Positions 16,676 through 25,720 are shown, counted from the stretch's first letter. The stretch: DNA of 26,326 nt from Pseudomonadota bacterium (GCA_031416315.1 JANOTL010000003.1:1-26326), one strand, 5' to 3'. Notes: a model not told the origin generated them from the sequence alone. Program-made: numbers and translations.

Positions 16676-16797
16676 GATTGCTCCTGGCGCTCGCGCTGGT
16701 CGCGGGATGCCGCGCGCCTAGAGGAGTTGATCGGCTCACGCTGCCGGACGGCGCCGAGCTCGATCGCTTTCAGATCGAGGATCGACGCTGTCCTTAG
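16672..16797 (+). CDS. Very small putative lipoprotein (41 aa) or gene remnant
   Basis: GTGA overlap with the upstream stop; MRLLLALALVAG-CRAPRGVDRLTLPDGAELDRFQIEDRRCP. Confidence 0.5.
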   Translation: MRLLLALALVAGCRAPRGVDRLTLPDGAELDRFQIEDRRCP

Positions 16798-16807
16798 CGC
16801 GCGCGAA

Positions 16808-17350
16808 TCAGCAGCTCGGGTAAGAGCCGCCCCAAGCGACGTCGACGAAGGACGAGCCTTCGGCGCCGTACGCGTCGACGAAGGCTCCGTCGACCGTAAC
16901 CCAGAAAACCTGCTTCACCTGGAAGTTCTTGATGCTGCAGATCTCGAGCTGGGTAGGGCCGCGCCAACGCAGCGTCAGCTCGACGCGCGAGCCGAACCAG
17001 GCCGGGATGTTGTTCATCGCGCTGAGGTTCACGTAGACCTCGGAGCCGGTCGAGACGGCCGTGCAGAGGTCGCCGCTGCAGTCGACGGGCACTTGGTTCG
17101 GGTGCGCGCCGATGATGGTGTTGCGCTCGTCCTCGGTCAAGGGCAGGAAGCTCAGGAGCTCGCCCATGCCGATCTCGCCGAAGCCGACCTGCTGCACGCC
17201 CTGCAGTCGGGCCAGAAAGGACTCGACCTGGCCGGCATTGATCTGTCCCTGTTGGATGGTGATATTGGTTTTCTCGTCACTTGCTGCCGCTTGCACGGAG
17301 AAAGACATGACGCAGCCGAGAACGACGCCGATCGACGCAAAGAAACGCAT
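16808..17350 (-). CDS. Secreted hypothetical protein
   Basis: Signal MRFFASIGVVLGCVMSFSVQA-A; four Cys in the mature part, ends YPSC. Confidence 0.78.
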   Translation of the reverse strand: MRFFASIGVVLGCVMSFSVQAAASDEKTNITIQQGQINAGQVESFLARLQGVQQVGFGEIGMGELLSFLPLTEDERNTIIGAHPNQVPVDCSGDLCTAVSTGSEVYVNLSAMNNIPAWFGSRVELTLRWRGPTQLEICSIKNFQVKQVFWVTVDGAFVDAYGAEGSSFVDVAWGGSYPSC

Positions 17351-17495
17351 GTTGATACCCCGGGTGAATTTGAGCGAGCTTAGTGCATTCGCCGCGCGGC
17401 CGCGAGCCCTGGTGTTGGTGGCCGGCATGCACGCCTTTTCGGCGGTGTGTCGCCGACGCCGCGCGTCGCGGTGGCGGCGACTGCCCAAACGGCTC

Positions 17496-17921
17496 TCAGC
17501 CCTTGCACGTTCCGACGAGCGGCATTTTCGCCGCTTTCAGCTTCGCCAGCGACTCGAACTCGAGCGCGCCGCAGGTCACGCCGGGGAACGGCGAGAACTT
17601 CGGCTTGCCCTCGACGAGCTCCATCTTCTCAAGGCGGGGCGTAAGCGTGAGCTTCGCCTTCTCGGGCACGAGCGCGCAGTCGTCGCCGGTGCGCGTCTTC
17701 TTGCCGGCTTCGGGGAGATTCACGGGCTTCAGCCGGAACGTCTTGCCGTTGACGGCGAAGTCGAGGCTCAAGCTCGCGCCGCCGGCCACGGCGTCGACCT
17801 TCTTCCGCGCCGCGGCGTCGAGCTCTAAGTCGAGCTCAAAACAGTGCTGCGGCACGACATCGATCGCGAGGGCACGCGCCGAGGCGAAGAGCGTGAGCCC
17901 GGTCCAGAGCAGGATTCTCAT
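17496..17921 (-). CDS. Secreted hypothetical protein
   Basis: ATGA overlap with the hydrolase stop; signal MRILLWTGLTLFASARALA; 4 Cys. Confidence 0.75.
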   Translation of the reverse strand: MRILLWTGLTLFASARALAIDVVPQHCFELDLELDAAARKKVDAVAGGASLSLDFAVNGKTFRLKPVNLPEAGKKTRTGDDCALVPEKAKLTLTPRLEKMELVEGKPKFSPFPGVTCGALEFESLAKLKAAKMPLVGTCKG

Positions 17922-18739
17922 GCGTGTTTCCCCAGCCATTCGTCGAGCACGGCGAAATAGGCGCCGCGGTCGAGGTCGTTGTGGAGCTCGTGGTAGCCGC
18001 CCGGAAAGACCTTAAGGGTCTTGTCCGAAGAGCCGAGCGCCTTGTGGATCGCGTGCGTGCCCTGGATATTCGCGAGCCGGTCGGCGTCGCCGTGGACGAG
18101 GAGCACCGGCTGCGTGACCTTCCGCGCGTAGTCGGGCATCTGCGGCAGGGCGCGGAGGATCTCGTTGCCCTGGCGGACCGTGTTGAAGCTGCAATTCAAG
18201 GGGTCGCGCTTGTACGCATCGACCACGGCCGCGTCCCGGGAGATCGCGCCGACCTCGAGGCTGCCCGGCACCTTCAGGGAAGGCAGCACGCGCTCGAGGA
18301 GCTTGCCGACGAAAATTTTGGCGGCGGAGACCCCCGCACCGGGGATGTGGGCGGGCGCGCTGAGGACGATGCCTTGCACCGGACCGTCCTTCGCGACCTC
18401 GGCGGCGCCGTGGAGGACGACAGCACCGCCCAGGCTGTGGCCGAGGAGGAAAAGCGGGGCCGGCGGCAACTCGCGGCGCGCATAACGCACGACCGAGCGC
18501 AAGTCCTCGGAATAGTCGCCGAAGGTCTCGATCCACTGGCGTTTGCCCTCGGAGGCGCCGCAGCCGCGTTGGTCGAAGCGCAGAATCTCGAAGCCCTTCG
18601 AGACGAGGAAATCGGTGGTGTTCGCGTGGCGGCCGCTGTGCTCGCCCAAGCCGTGGACGAGCACGATGCGCCCGCGCGGCTTGGCGCCCGCCTCATGGCG
18701 CCAGGCGCGGAGGGGACCGATCGAGATGCTTTGGCTCAC
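17918..18739 (-). CDS. Alpha/beta hydrolase, lysophospholipase/monoglyceride lipase family
   Basis: VHGLGEHSGR, FDQRGCG, nucleophile GHSLGG, HGDADRL, YHELHND. Confidence 0.93.
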   Translation of the reverse strand: MSQSISIGPLRAWRHEAGAKPRGRIVLVHGLGEHSGRHANTTDFLVSKGFEILRFDQRGCGASEGKRQWIETFGDYSEDLRSVVRYARRELPPAPLFLLGHSLGGAVVLHGAAEVAKDGPVQGIVLSAPAHIPGAGVSAAKIFVGKLLERVLPSLKVPGSLEVGAISRDAAVVDAYKRDPLNCSFNTVRQGNEILRALPQMPDYARKVTQPVLLVHGDADRLANIQGTHAIHKALGSSDKTLKVFPGGYHELHNDLDRGAYFAVLDEWLGKHA

Positions 18740-18828
18740 GCTTCACCGCCATGGAAAGAGGAGACGGGGCAGGCCCTGCTCCATCCAATAATACACCGAA
18801 CTGGGGTCTTAGCCGCCGCAATTGGCGT

Positions 18829-19800
18829 TCAAACCAGCTCCAAGCTCATGAACAGATTGACCCGCTTGTACTTCGACCCCGCGCGCGCCGGATCTGGGAC
18901 GAACCCGCAGCGACGGTACAGGTTCACGGCCGGCGTCAGGCTGTCGTTGGTCTCGAGGTGAATGGATGTTGCCCCCGCCGCGGTGGCCCGGGCGATCGCC
19001 GCTTCCATCAGCTTTTTCCCGATGTGGCGCCCTTGCGCCTTCGGATCGACGGCCATCTTCGCCAGCTCGAACGCGTGCGCCCCGCGGGCGATCAGCGCTA
19101 CGCAGCCGACGATCTCGCCATCAAGCTCGGCGAAGAGGACGTGGCCTCCGTCGGCGACGATGGTCCGCGCGGGGTCGCTGAGCATCTCGACGTCGCTCGG
19201 CTCGACCGCGAAGTAGCGCTCGATCCATGCGAGATTTAGGGCGCTGAAGGCGTCCTTCAGCCGGCGCTGGCCCGCCTTCGACTCGCGGATGAAGTCGACG
19301 ATGCGAACGGTCGCGAGCTCGCGCGTCGTGCGGCGGTCCTTCATGCGCTCGGCGATGCTGCGCTCGTCGAGGACGCGCTCGAGGCGGCTCAGGGCGGAGA
19401 TGACGTCGATGCCCGTCTCGGCGGTGATCTCGTCGACGGCGGCGCGCATATCCTTCCACAGCGGCTCGAGCTTGGCGGCGAGGTCTTTGCCCTTGGCGGT
19501 GAGGGCGAGCCGCGTCTTGCGCTCGTCAATTTTGTCCTTCGTCGCGGTCGCGGCCCCGCGCGTCACCATGTCGCGCGCGATTTGGCTGACGGCCGCGTGC
19601 GACAAGCGCAAGGCCTTCGCCGCCTCGCCCGTCGTCATCGGCCCGGTCTCCCGGAGCACCGAATAAAGCGGGAACCAGCGCGGCTCGAAGCTCGCGTCCT
19701 GCTCCGCATAGATCGCCGCCGCTTCGACCATGAAGCGGTCGCTCAGGCGTTTGAGGCGGCTGCCGAGGGCGAGGCTGCCAAGATGGTGAATGAGATCCAT
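18829..19800 (-). CDS. Bifunctional MarR-family regulator / GNAT acetyltransferase
   Basis: ALGSRLKRLSDR, winged HTH SHAAVSQ...DERK; GNAT FELAKMAVDPKAQGRHIGKKL...LETN...AVNLYRRCGF. Confidence 0.93.
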   Translation of the reverse strand: MDLIHHLGSLALGSRLKRLSDRFMVEAAAIYAEQDASFEPRWFPLYSVLRETGPMTTGEAAKALRLSHAAVSQIARDMVTRGAATATKDKIDERKTRLALTAKGKDLAAKLEPLWKDMRAAVDEITAETGIDVISALSRLERVLDERSIAERMKDRRTTRELATVRIVDFIRESKAGQRRLKDAFSALNLAWIERYFAVEPSDVEMLSDPARTIVADGGHVLFAELDGEIVGCVALIARGAHAFELAKMAVDPKAQGRHIGKKLMEAAIARATAAGATSIHLETNDSLTPAVNLYRRCGFVPDPARAGSKYKRVNLFMSLELV

Positions 19801-19806
19801 GCCGGG

Positions 19807-19836
19807 AACATACGTAAGAGCTTACGGAAGTGTCAA
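19807..19836 (-). promoter_or_regulatory. Sigma70 promoter with palindromic operator in the spacer
   Basis: TTGACA (19836-19831), 18 nt spacer, TATGTT (19812-19807), 6 nt, ATG; inverted repeat CGTAAG-AG-CTTACG at 19813-19826. Confidence 0.75.
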
Positions 19837-19900
19837 CTGATCGCGACGGAGCTCTCGATCTCTCTATGATCTCAACGATTTCTACGATGTCGTCGGCCTC

Positions 19901-21997
19901 TCACCGCGGACCGACGTCGGCCGGAGCTGAGGTCAAGGGCTCGCCGAAGATCGCACGCAAAGTGGCGTCGTCCGTGTTCGCCGGCAGGCGCGACGGCATC
20001 GCGATGAAATTCGGCTCGGGCGAGTAGGTCGCGGCGTCGAGCGCCGGCAGCGCCCTGCGCTCCGCGCCGAAGAGCCCAAACACGTACGGATCGTCGGGAG
20101 AGGTGGGCGGCCGCGTGAAGGCGTTGCCGCGCAGGAGGATGTGGACCGCCTCGATGTCGTGATCGGTAGAGCGCTGGCAGCCGAGAACGATCGGCGTCAC
20201 CTCGAGCACAGAGCGTGAAAGCACAAAGCTCGCGACGATGAGTGTGCCATCGCGATGAATAACGGTCTCGTCGCTGTCTTCGGACCCACCGGAGCCGGCG
20301 GAACCACTGCCCGGCTCGCTCCCCGGCTCCGCCGGCATCGCGTCGTACCCCCCCTGGCGCAAGCACGCCTGCTCGATCACGCTCTCGCTTGCATGAACGC
20401 GGTCGATCACGAGCTCGGTCGTCGTGCGCGTCACGTCCGCCACATAAGTCTCGTCGGCGACCTGATGGACGCGGCTGCGCTCGAGCGTCGCGTTGCGCAT
20501 CGACACGGCCTGGCCGCCCCAGGCGCCGAGGTCAAAACTAACGTTCTTCGCCTGGAACCAGTCGAGCGACGCCGATGCCGAAGAGACGCGGATCTGCGCC
20601 ATGCGGCCGTCTTCCACGATGTTCTGAAAGACCACTGGCGCCTCTTTCGTACCTGCGACCACCAGGGGACCGGCGAACGTCGCGCCCCCGCGGATCGTGA
20701 CGCCGGCCTCGACGGTGACGGCGCCCTCGAACGTCGTCGCGCCGTACCAGTTCGAGGCGGGATCAGCCCTGATGTCATCGTCTTCGGGACGCATCCCGCC
20801 AGGGCTCATGACGAGCCGCAGCCCGGGGGAATCGCCGGCCGGCGTGGTCGGCGCGGGCTCGTCGCCGCCGGTCCCAGGGTGCGGCGTCGGCTCGACCGAA
20901 GCCGATGCCGGCGCCGGCGCCGAAACCGCGCCCGTCGTCGAGCTAATGCGGATCGAGGCATTGCCGCTCATCGTGTTCGAGCCGAACAGCGCGACCTTTT
21001 GTCCGGCGCTGAACGTCACCGGCTGCAGGATGTGCCCGTACAAGATGATCCAGCTCGCGTCGAGCTCCGTCGCGAGGAAACTCACCTCGACCGGATCGCT
21101 GGTTTTCCCGTAGGCGTCGCGGAACTCGACGAGGACCGATGCAAAGCCTTCCTCGATCAGGGGGAGCTCGATCTCGGTCTTCAGCGGTTGCCAACGGCGC
21201 AAGGCCACCGAGACCTCCGGGTCACGCAGCATAGGCCACGAGATGAAACGCATGTATTTCACGCCCGGAACCGGGGCGAGGAGCAAGGTCGGCGTCAAGG
21301 TGCGCACGACGACGCCGCCTTCCGCGTCTTTCACCGAGATCTGCCCCGCAGGCCAGGGATTCTCGCTCAGAGTCATCTCGAGCGCGGCGTCCCCAGAGAG
21401 CGCCAGCTCCGAGAATTCCTGCGGCTGGAACATGTCCTTTTCGGCGCGGATGCGGAAGGCGCCCGCCGGCAGGTTGAGCGAGAAAAAGCCCTCATGATCG
21501 GTGAAGCTCGAGAAGGGCGTCCCCGGCACATAGACGAGGACACCGGTAGCGACCGGCTCGTTCTCCAAGCGCACGTGCCCCGTGACGCGGCGCAAGGCGG
21601 AAAGCTCCATGGAGCGCTCTTCGACCACGTTCCCCGGGGTCACGACGACGTCGCGCACCATCCCTTCGCCGGCGGGCGTCGTGGCGATGAGGCGCCAGTT
21701 GCCTGGCTCGAGCGCCGGCAGGAGGAAGCCGCCTTTAGCGTTGGCGATGGTCTCGACCGGCGCCCAGCTTGAGCCGGCACCGCCTTCTTCCCGGCGTGCG
21801 TAGATCTGCGCCCAGGCGCCGGGCCTCCCGCCTTCGCGAAGGACGCGGCCGAGGAACGCGCCCTTGGCCGCCGGCGCGTCCGCCTTCGGGATGCCGAAGA
21901 CGGCGAGATAGGGGTCGTGCAGGTCGTCGAGACCGCCCTCGGAGCACGAGCTCCCGGTGAGCACGATCAGCGCCGCCATCGTCAACGCGCGCAACAT
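19901..21997 (-). CDS. Large putative lipoprotein with carboxypeptidase-regulatory-like (Cna-B-type) domains
   Basis: GAAGGAG SD; MLRALTMAALIVLTGSS-C; two beta-sandwich repeats (GRVL...ANAKGGFLLPALEPGNWRL; VTGHV...TDHEGFFSLNLPAGAFRIRAEK), Pro/Ser linkers, beta-helix-like C-half (GPLVVAGTKEAPVVF). Confidence 0.8.
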   Translation of the reverse strand: MLRALTMAALIVLTGSSCSEGGLDDLHDPYLAVFGIPKADAPAAKGAFLGRVLREGGRPGAWAQIYARREEGGAGSSWAPVETIANAKGGFLLPALEPGNWRLIATTPAGEGMVRDVVVTPGNVVEERSMELSALRRVTGHVRLENEPVATGVLVYVPGTPFSSFTDHEGFFSLNLPAGAFRIRAEKDMFQPQEFSELALSGDAALEMTLSENPWPAGQISVKDAEGGVVVRTLTPTLLLAPVPGVKYMRFISWPMLRDPEVSVALRRWQPLKTEIELPLIEEGFASVLVEFRDAYGKTSDPVEVSFLATELDASWIILYGHILQPVTFSAGQKVALFGSNTMSGNASIRISSTTGAVSAPAPASASVEPTPHPGTGGDEPAPTTPAGDSPGLRLVMSPGGMRPEDDDIRADPASNWYGATTFEGAVTVEAGVTIRGGATFAGPLVVAGTKEAPVVFQNIVEDGRMAQIRVSSASASLDWFQAKNVSFDLGAWGGQAVSMRNATLERSRVHQVADETYVADVTRTTTELVIDRVHASESVIEQACLRQGGYDAMPAEPGSEPGSGSAGSGGSEDSDETVIHRDGTLIVASFVLSRSVLEVTPIVLGCQRSTDHDIEAVHILLRGNAFTRPPTSPDDPYVFGLFGAERRALPALDAATYSPEPNFIAMPSRLPANTDDATLRAIFGEPLTSAPADVGPR

Positions 21998-22022
21998 AGA
22001 GACTCCTTCACCGGCCGTTATT

Positions 22023-23681
22023 TTAGAACGCAAACCCGAGCGAAGCCGTGCCGATCGCGGGGCGCAGGCCCCGTTTGCTGCCGCCTTGAGCGAGGCCTAC
22101 GCTGCGCGCCGGCAGGACGCGCGCGCCGATGCCGCCGTAGAGAGGGCCGACGATCTCGAGCCAGCGCAGCTCGAGGCCGACGGTCGGGAACACCGCCGCC
22201 GCACGCTGAAAGCCGCGCTCGAAGGCGGGATCTGCGAGGGTGCGCTCGACGCCGAGGCGGCCGAGGCCAAGCGCCGCCGAGACCGCGATCGTTTCCTTTG
22301 GATAGAAGCTGTACGTGGCCTCGCCGAGCGCGAGGCTCGTGCGCAGTTGCGTCGGTGTCGGCGTTACCGCAACATCGGAGATCGCGACGCCGTCCAAGGT
22401 CCTTTGCCCGAAGCTCACAACGGCGCCGAAGCGCGAGCCGAGGATCGCGCTCGCACGCAGCATCGCGGTCCAGGTCCAAAGATCGCGCGCCTCCACCTCA
22501 TCCAAACCGCGCGGCAGAGGCAGGCTCGCGATCGCCGCTTCGGCGCCGAAGCTCGGTGGACGGCGCACGAGGCTCGATACCGCGTACGCTTGCCCACTGC
22601 GCACGAAGACGTCGTGATCGATCAAAGGCGTCGTCGGATGCTGCGGATCGACCAGGGTCAGACGCACGCGGCCCGGGGGCAAGCGCTGCGGCTCCCACAG
22701 TGTGCCCTTGTTGCGCCCGTCGACGTAGACCTGCGCCGATCGGAACTGCTCGGCATCCGCGAAGATCAGCGGCGAGGACTCGTGCCGCACGTCGCCGTTC
22801 AGGATGATGGGGTCCGTACCTTCGAGCCGCAGCAAGGCCGTCGGCGTCTGCAGGCCGCGCGTATAGTCGTACGTTTTCGAGCGCGCGAATTCGTGGGCCT
22901 CGAACAGCGAGACGGCGCCGTCGCGATCGGTGTCGTTCTTCTCCAGGCCTTCGAGCAAAAAATGCGTGTAGATGTCGTTGCGGAGGCGGTCATCCTCGCG
23001 CGCAGGCTGGCCCCAGGCGCTGGCCGAAAGCACCATCGTCGCCGCCGACACCTCGTGCAGGGGCTGCGGAAAAAACTCCGACTTGAGCGTCGTCAGCTCT
23101 TTTTCCAGCTCCGTCGGCAGCTGCGACTTGCCGCCGCCTCCCGAGTGGCAGAGCGCGAGAATCAGCGCCTTGCGCGTCGATTTCAGGCGGCTCAGGCGGT
23201 TCTGCAGGTAGTCGAGCGCGACGCCCGTTTGCGCCACCTTGTCGAAGTCGGTGTCCTTCATCGCGGCGAATCGCCGCAGCGCGTGGCCTTCGCCGTAAGC
23301 CAAGGTGCCGTGCGTCGACAGGTAGACGAGGACGATGTCCTCGGACGAGGTGTTCTTCCGCTCCAATTCGTCGAGCGCGGCCGCGAAGCCCGCGCCGGTC
23401 GCGAGATCGTCGATCAGCACGATCTCCTCGTCGCCCTCGGCCTGGTTGTGCGTCGCGAGGAACTGCCGCAGATCGCCGACGTCCTTCTCGGGGAACTTCA
23501 GCTCGCGGAAGCGCTCGTCGGCGAAGCTCCGCACGCCGACGAGGAGCGCTATGCGCCGCGGCCGGAACGCGGCGCTCACGGCCGGCTTGTCGAGCTTGAT
23601 CGTCGTCACCTGACCGGCATCGGCCGCAGAGGCGGCCTCGGCGCCGAGCGCCAGCCACAGCAATGCCTTATGGAGCCACAT
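22023..23681 (-). CDS. Exported caspase-family (peptidase C14) protein with beta-barrel-like C-terminus
   Basis: Signal peptide; RRIALLVGV, LKFPEKDV, catalytic VYLSTHG and LILALCHSG, ARED...YTHFLLEGL, DRDGAVSLFE, QTP; PEGA-like AQVYVDG; amphipathic strands ending ASLGFAF. Confidence 0.9.
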   Translation of the reverse strand: MWLHKALLWLALGAEAASAADAGQVTTIKLDKPAVSAAFRPRRIALLVGVRSFADERFRELKFPEKDVGDLRQFLATHNQAEGDEEIVLIDDLATGAGFAAALDELERKNTSSEDIVLVYLSTHGTLAYGEGHALRRFAAMKDTDFDKVAQTGVALDYLQNRLSRLKSTRKALILALCHSGGGGKSQLPTELEKELTTLKSEFFPQPLHEVSAATMVLSASAWGQPAREDDRLRNDIYTHFLLEGLEKNDTDRDGAVSLFEAHEFARSKTYDYTRGLQTPTALLRLEGTDPIILNGDVRHESSPLIFADAEQFRSAQVYVDGRNKGTLWEPQRLPPGRVRLTLVDPQHPTTPLIDHDVFVRSGQAYAVSSLVRRPPSFGAEAAIASLPLPRGLDEVEARDLWTWTAMLRASAILGSRFGAVVSFGQRTLDGVAISDVAVTPTPTQLRTSLALGEATYSFYPKETIAVSAALGLGRLGVERTLADPAFERGFQRAAAVFPTVGLELRWLEIVGPLYGGIGARVLPARSVGLAQGGSKRGLRPAIGTASLGFAF

Positions 23682-24297
23682 GCAAACGTACGTCCTTCAC
23701 GGTGGCATCGCCGCGCAGTCGCGCGCGAAACACGTAATTTCCTGGGATTTCCGGCTTGAACGCCAGGTAGCCGTCCTCTTTCGCCAAAGTCTCGCGCTCG
23801 CGGCGCAAGACGTGGGTCGTCGTGATGGTCTGGAACGCGCCGCCGTCGACGGCATAAGAGAGCTCCACCGGCGCGCCGCGCTCGGGATCAAGGCCGCGCG
23901 ACTCCACCTCGAAGACGATGGCGGCGCCGACCGGGACCTCGGCGCCGTCGAGCGCGCGGGTCACCTTGCCGTCGCGGGCGACCGCGAGCTTCAGGGCCTC
24001 CAGTTGAGCCGCTACGACGGCGTCGCCTTTCAGGCGCATTCCGTCGTCCTCCGGCGTTGCGAGCCGCGTCGCAAAGACGAGAAAGGCAAGGCCCGCGGCG
24101 AGAAGGGCCCCGAGCTGCCACATCGAGCGCGGCGGGAGGCGCCGCGACTTGCGTCCCGCGAGGTTGGCAAACAAACGCTGCTCGAATCCCTCGGGGATCG
24201 TCGCGCGCGCCTCTACCGCCATCTCCTCGCGCGCCAGCGAGCGCCGCAGTTCCTCACGGAACCCCTCGTTCAGCTTTGCTTCGTCATGCGTCGTCAT
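23668..24297 (-). CDS. Putative membrane anti-sigma factor
   Basis: ATGA overlap with the sigma gene; cytoplasmic helical N-terminus, TM WQLGALLAAGLAFLVFA, then MRLKG and a beta-sandwich (DUF4384/ActD-like) domain. Confidence 0.75.
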   Translation of the reverse strand: MTTHDEAKLNEGFREELRRSLAREEMAVEARATIPEGFEQRLFANLAGRKSRRLPPRSMWQLGALLAAGLAFLVFATRLATPEDDGMRLKGDAVVAAQLEALKLAVARDGKVTRALDGAEVPVGAAIVFEVESRGLDPERGAPVELSYAVDGGAFQTITTTHVLRRERETLAKEDGYLAFKPEIPGNYVFRARLRGDATVKDVRLHVAP

Positions 24298-24848
24298 CGC
24301 GTCCCTCTCCGCCAGCTCAAGCTCACGAGACGCCGCGGCTTCGGGGCCGCCAGCGCGCCGCGCACGCGCGTCCGAAAGCGCGCGAGCCAGGTTGTCACCG
24401 TCGACGGATTCACGGCGAGCTTGGCGCTCACCTCCGCTAGATCCCAGTCGTACAGGTAGAACAGCTCGACCGCTTCGCGCTGCTTGGCATCGCCGATCTG
24501 CGCGATCATCGTCTTCAATCGCCCGAACGTTCCTTGCCGATCGAGCGCGTCCTCGGCGCTCGGACGGCCGTCGTCGGGCGCCGCCGGATCGTCGGCGTCC
24601 TCGCCGATCGGCGTCAGCTTCTTCCGACGCTCCAGCGTGCGGCCCCACTGGCGGCGCGCGATGGTGAAGAGCCAGGCGACGCGCGCTTCCTCGGCACGGA
24701 CGCTGCCGATGCCGCGAAAAGCCTGGGCGTAAGCTTCCTGCATCACGTCCTCGAGGTCTTCCGGACGATCGACGCCGAGCTTCTTCAGGTGCCGCACCAG
24801 CGGTCGCACCGTCGCGCCATAGAAAGCACGAAAAGCTACGGCATCCAT
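24294..24848 (-). CDS. ECF RNA polymerase sigma factor
   Basis: EDLEDVMQEAY, AWLFTIARR (region 2); QREAVELFYLYDWDLAEVSAKLAVNPSTVTTWLARFR (region 4); AAGGAA SD before ATG 24848. Confidence 0.93.
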   Translation of the reverse strand: MDAVAFRAFYGATVRPLVRHLKKLGVDRPEDLEDVMQEAYAQAFRGIGSVRAEEARVAWLFTIARRQWGRTLERRKKLTPIGEDADDPAAPDDGRPSAEDALDRQGTFGRLKTMIAQIGDAKQREAVELFYLYDWDLAEVSAKLAVNPSTVTTWLARFRTRVRGALAAPKPRRLVSLSWRRGTR

Positions 24849-24918
24849 CGAGCGCGTTCCTTGCCTCTTGAGGAGACTCGAAAAGGGAGAAAGTCCCCAG
24901 ATCCTATCCAAAGCCCAA

Positions 24919-24943
24919 GGCGGCCGCCACTCGGGCGACCGCC
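24919..24943 (-). terminator. Probable intrinsic terminator hairpin
   Basis: Minus strand GGCGGUCGCC-CGAGU-GGCGGCCGCC (G-U wobble works on this strand) then UUGGGCUUU, 14 nt after the stop at 24958. Confidence 0.55.
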
Positions 24944-24957
24944 CTGTCTCACATGGC

Positions 24958-25578
24958 TCAACGCTTCTGGATCGTCAGATTCTTCAGGTCGAGGGGACGG
25001 GTCTGGTCCAGGCCTTTCGAGATCCCGGCCGTGTCGAAGAACGGGTCGTCGCTGCACGCGACGCCTTCCGACCACGAGTAGATCTCGCCCTCGTGGCGGC
25101 TGATGAGCGCGACGCCTTCGCCCGAACGCGTAATGTACGCCCGGCCGTCCGGGCACTCGACGAATTGATAAGCGGTGGTGACCATCACCGACCAACCGCA
25201 GCCCGGCATGGGCTCGCTCGAGCCGGAGCCGTCGTCGAAGCCGCGACCGGTGTTGCCGCGCTCACCCGTCGTCGGGTTGCCGATGACGATGTCGCCGCTG
25301 GAGGCGAGGCAGTAGCCATAAGGACGCACTTCCTTCCACTGGTCGATGCTCGAGCCGCCGCCCACGAGGATGAGGGAGCCGAAAGCCACGGCCCGATTGT
25401 GGTCGTGAAGGTCGGGCCAGAACCACGGATCCGGGTAGGCCACGACATCGCCCGGGACGGGCTCGCCGGGAACCGTCGGAGTCGACGGGGTGTCGTCGTT
25501 GGCGAACGCGACGGTTGTCAAGACGACGGCAACGCCCGCGGCGACGAGAACGGAGAGCTTTCCTTGCACCGATTTCAT
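24958..25578 (-). CDS. Secreted hypothetical protein
   Basis: AGAGGAG SD; MKSVQGKLSVLVAAGVAVVLTTVAFA-N signal; Gly/Pro-rich with 4 Cys. Confidence 0.78.
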   Translation of the reverse strand: MKSVQGKLSVLVAAGVAVVLTTVAFANDDTPSTPTVPGEPVPGDVVAYPDPWFWPDLHDHNRAVAFGSLILVGGGSSIDQWKEVRPYGYCLASSGDIVIGNPTTGERGNTGRGFDDGSGSSEPMPGCGWSVMVTTAYQFVECPDGRAYITRSGEGVALISRHEGEIYSWSEGVACSDDPFFDTAGISKGLDQTRPLDLKNLTIQKR

Positions 25579-25720
25579 GGACTTACTCCTCTTTGAGTGC
25601 TCGAGGATGTAAGTGCGGCCAGGAGCGCCCTGTGTCTCACGCTCGCCGAAAATACTCGAAAGCAGTTGAATCAATTGATGAAATCGCGCACTCTCGAGCT
25701 GACGTTCCTGGGGGCTTTTC

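Noticed and set aside
19855..19890. Imperfect 9-bp periodicity (TCTATGATC TCAACGATT TCTACGATG)
   Set aside because: Too short and degenerate to distinguish from chance.
6204..23759. Long antisense ORFs (e.g. 6204-7688, 10858-12378, 14473-16107, 20255-21772, 21957-23759)
   Set aside because: Shadow frames of well-supported genes, expected in high-GC DNA; no motifs.
24941..25640. GCCCTGTCTCAC and GCCCTGTGTCTCAC flanking the secreted gene as insertion direct repeats
   Set aside because: Short, imperfect, and no integrase or transposase nearby.
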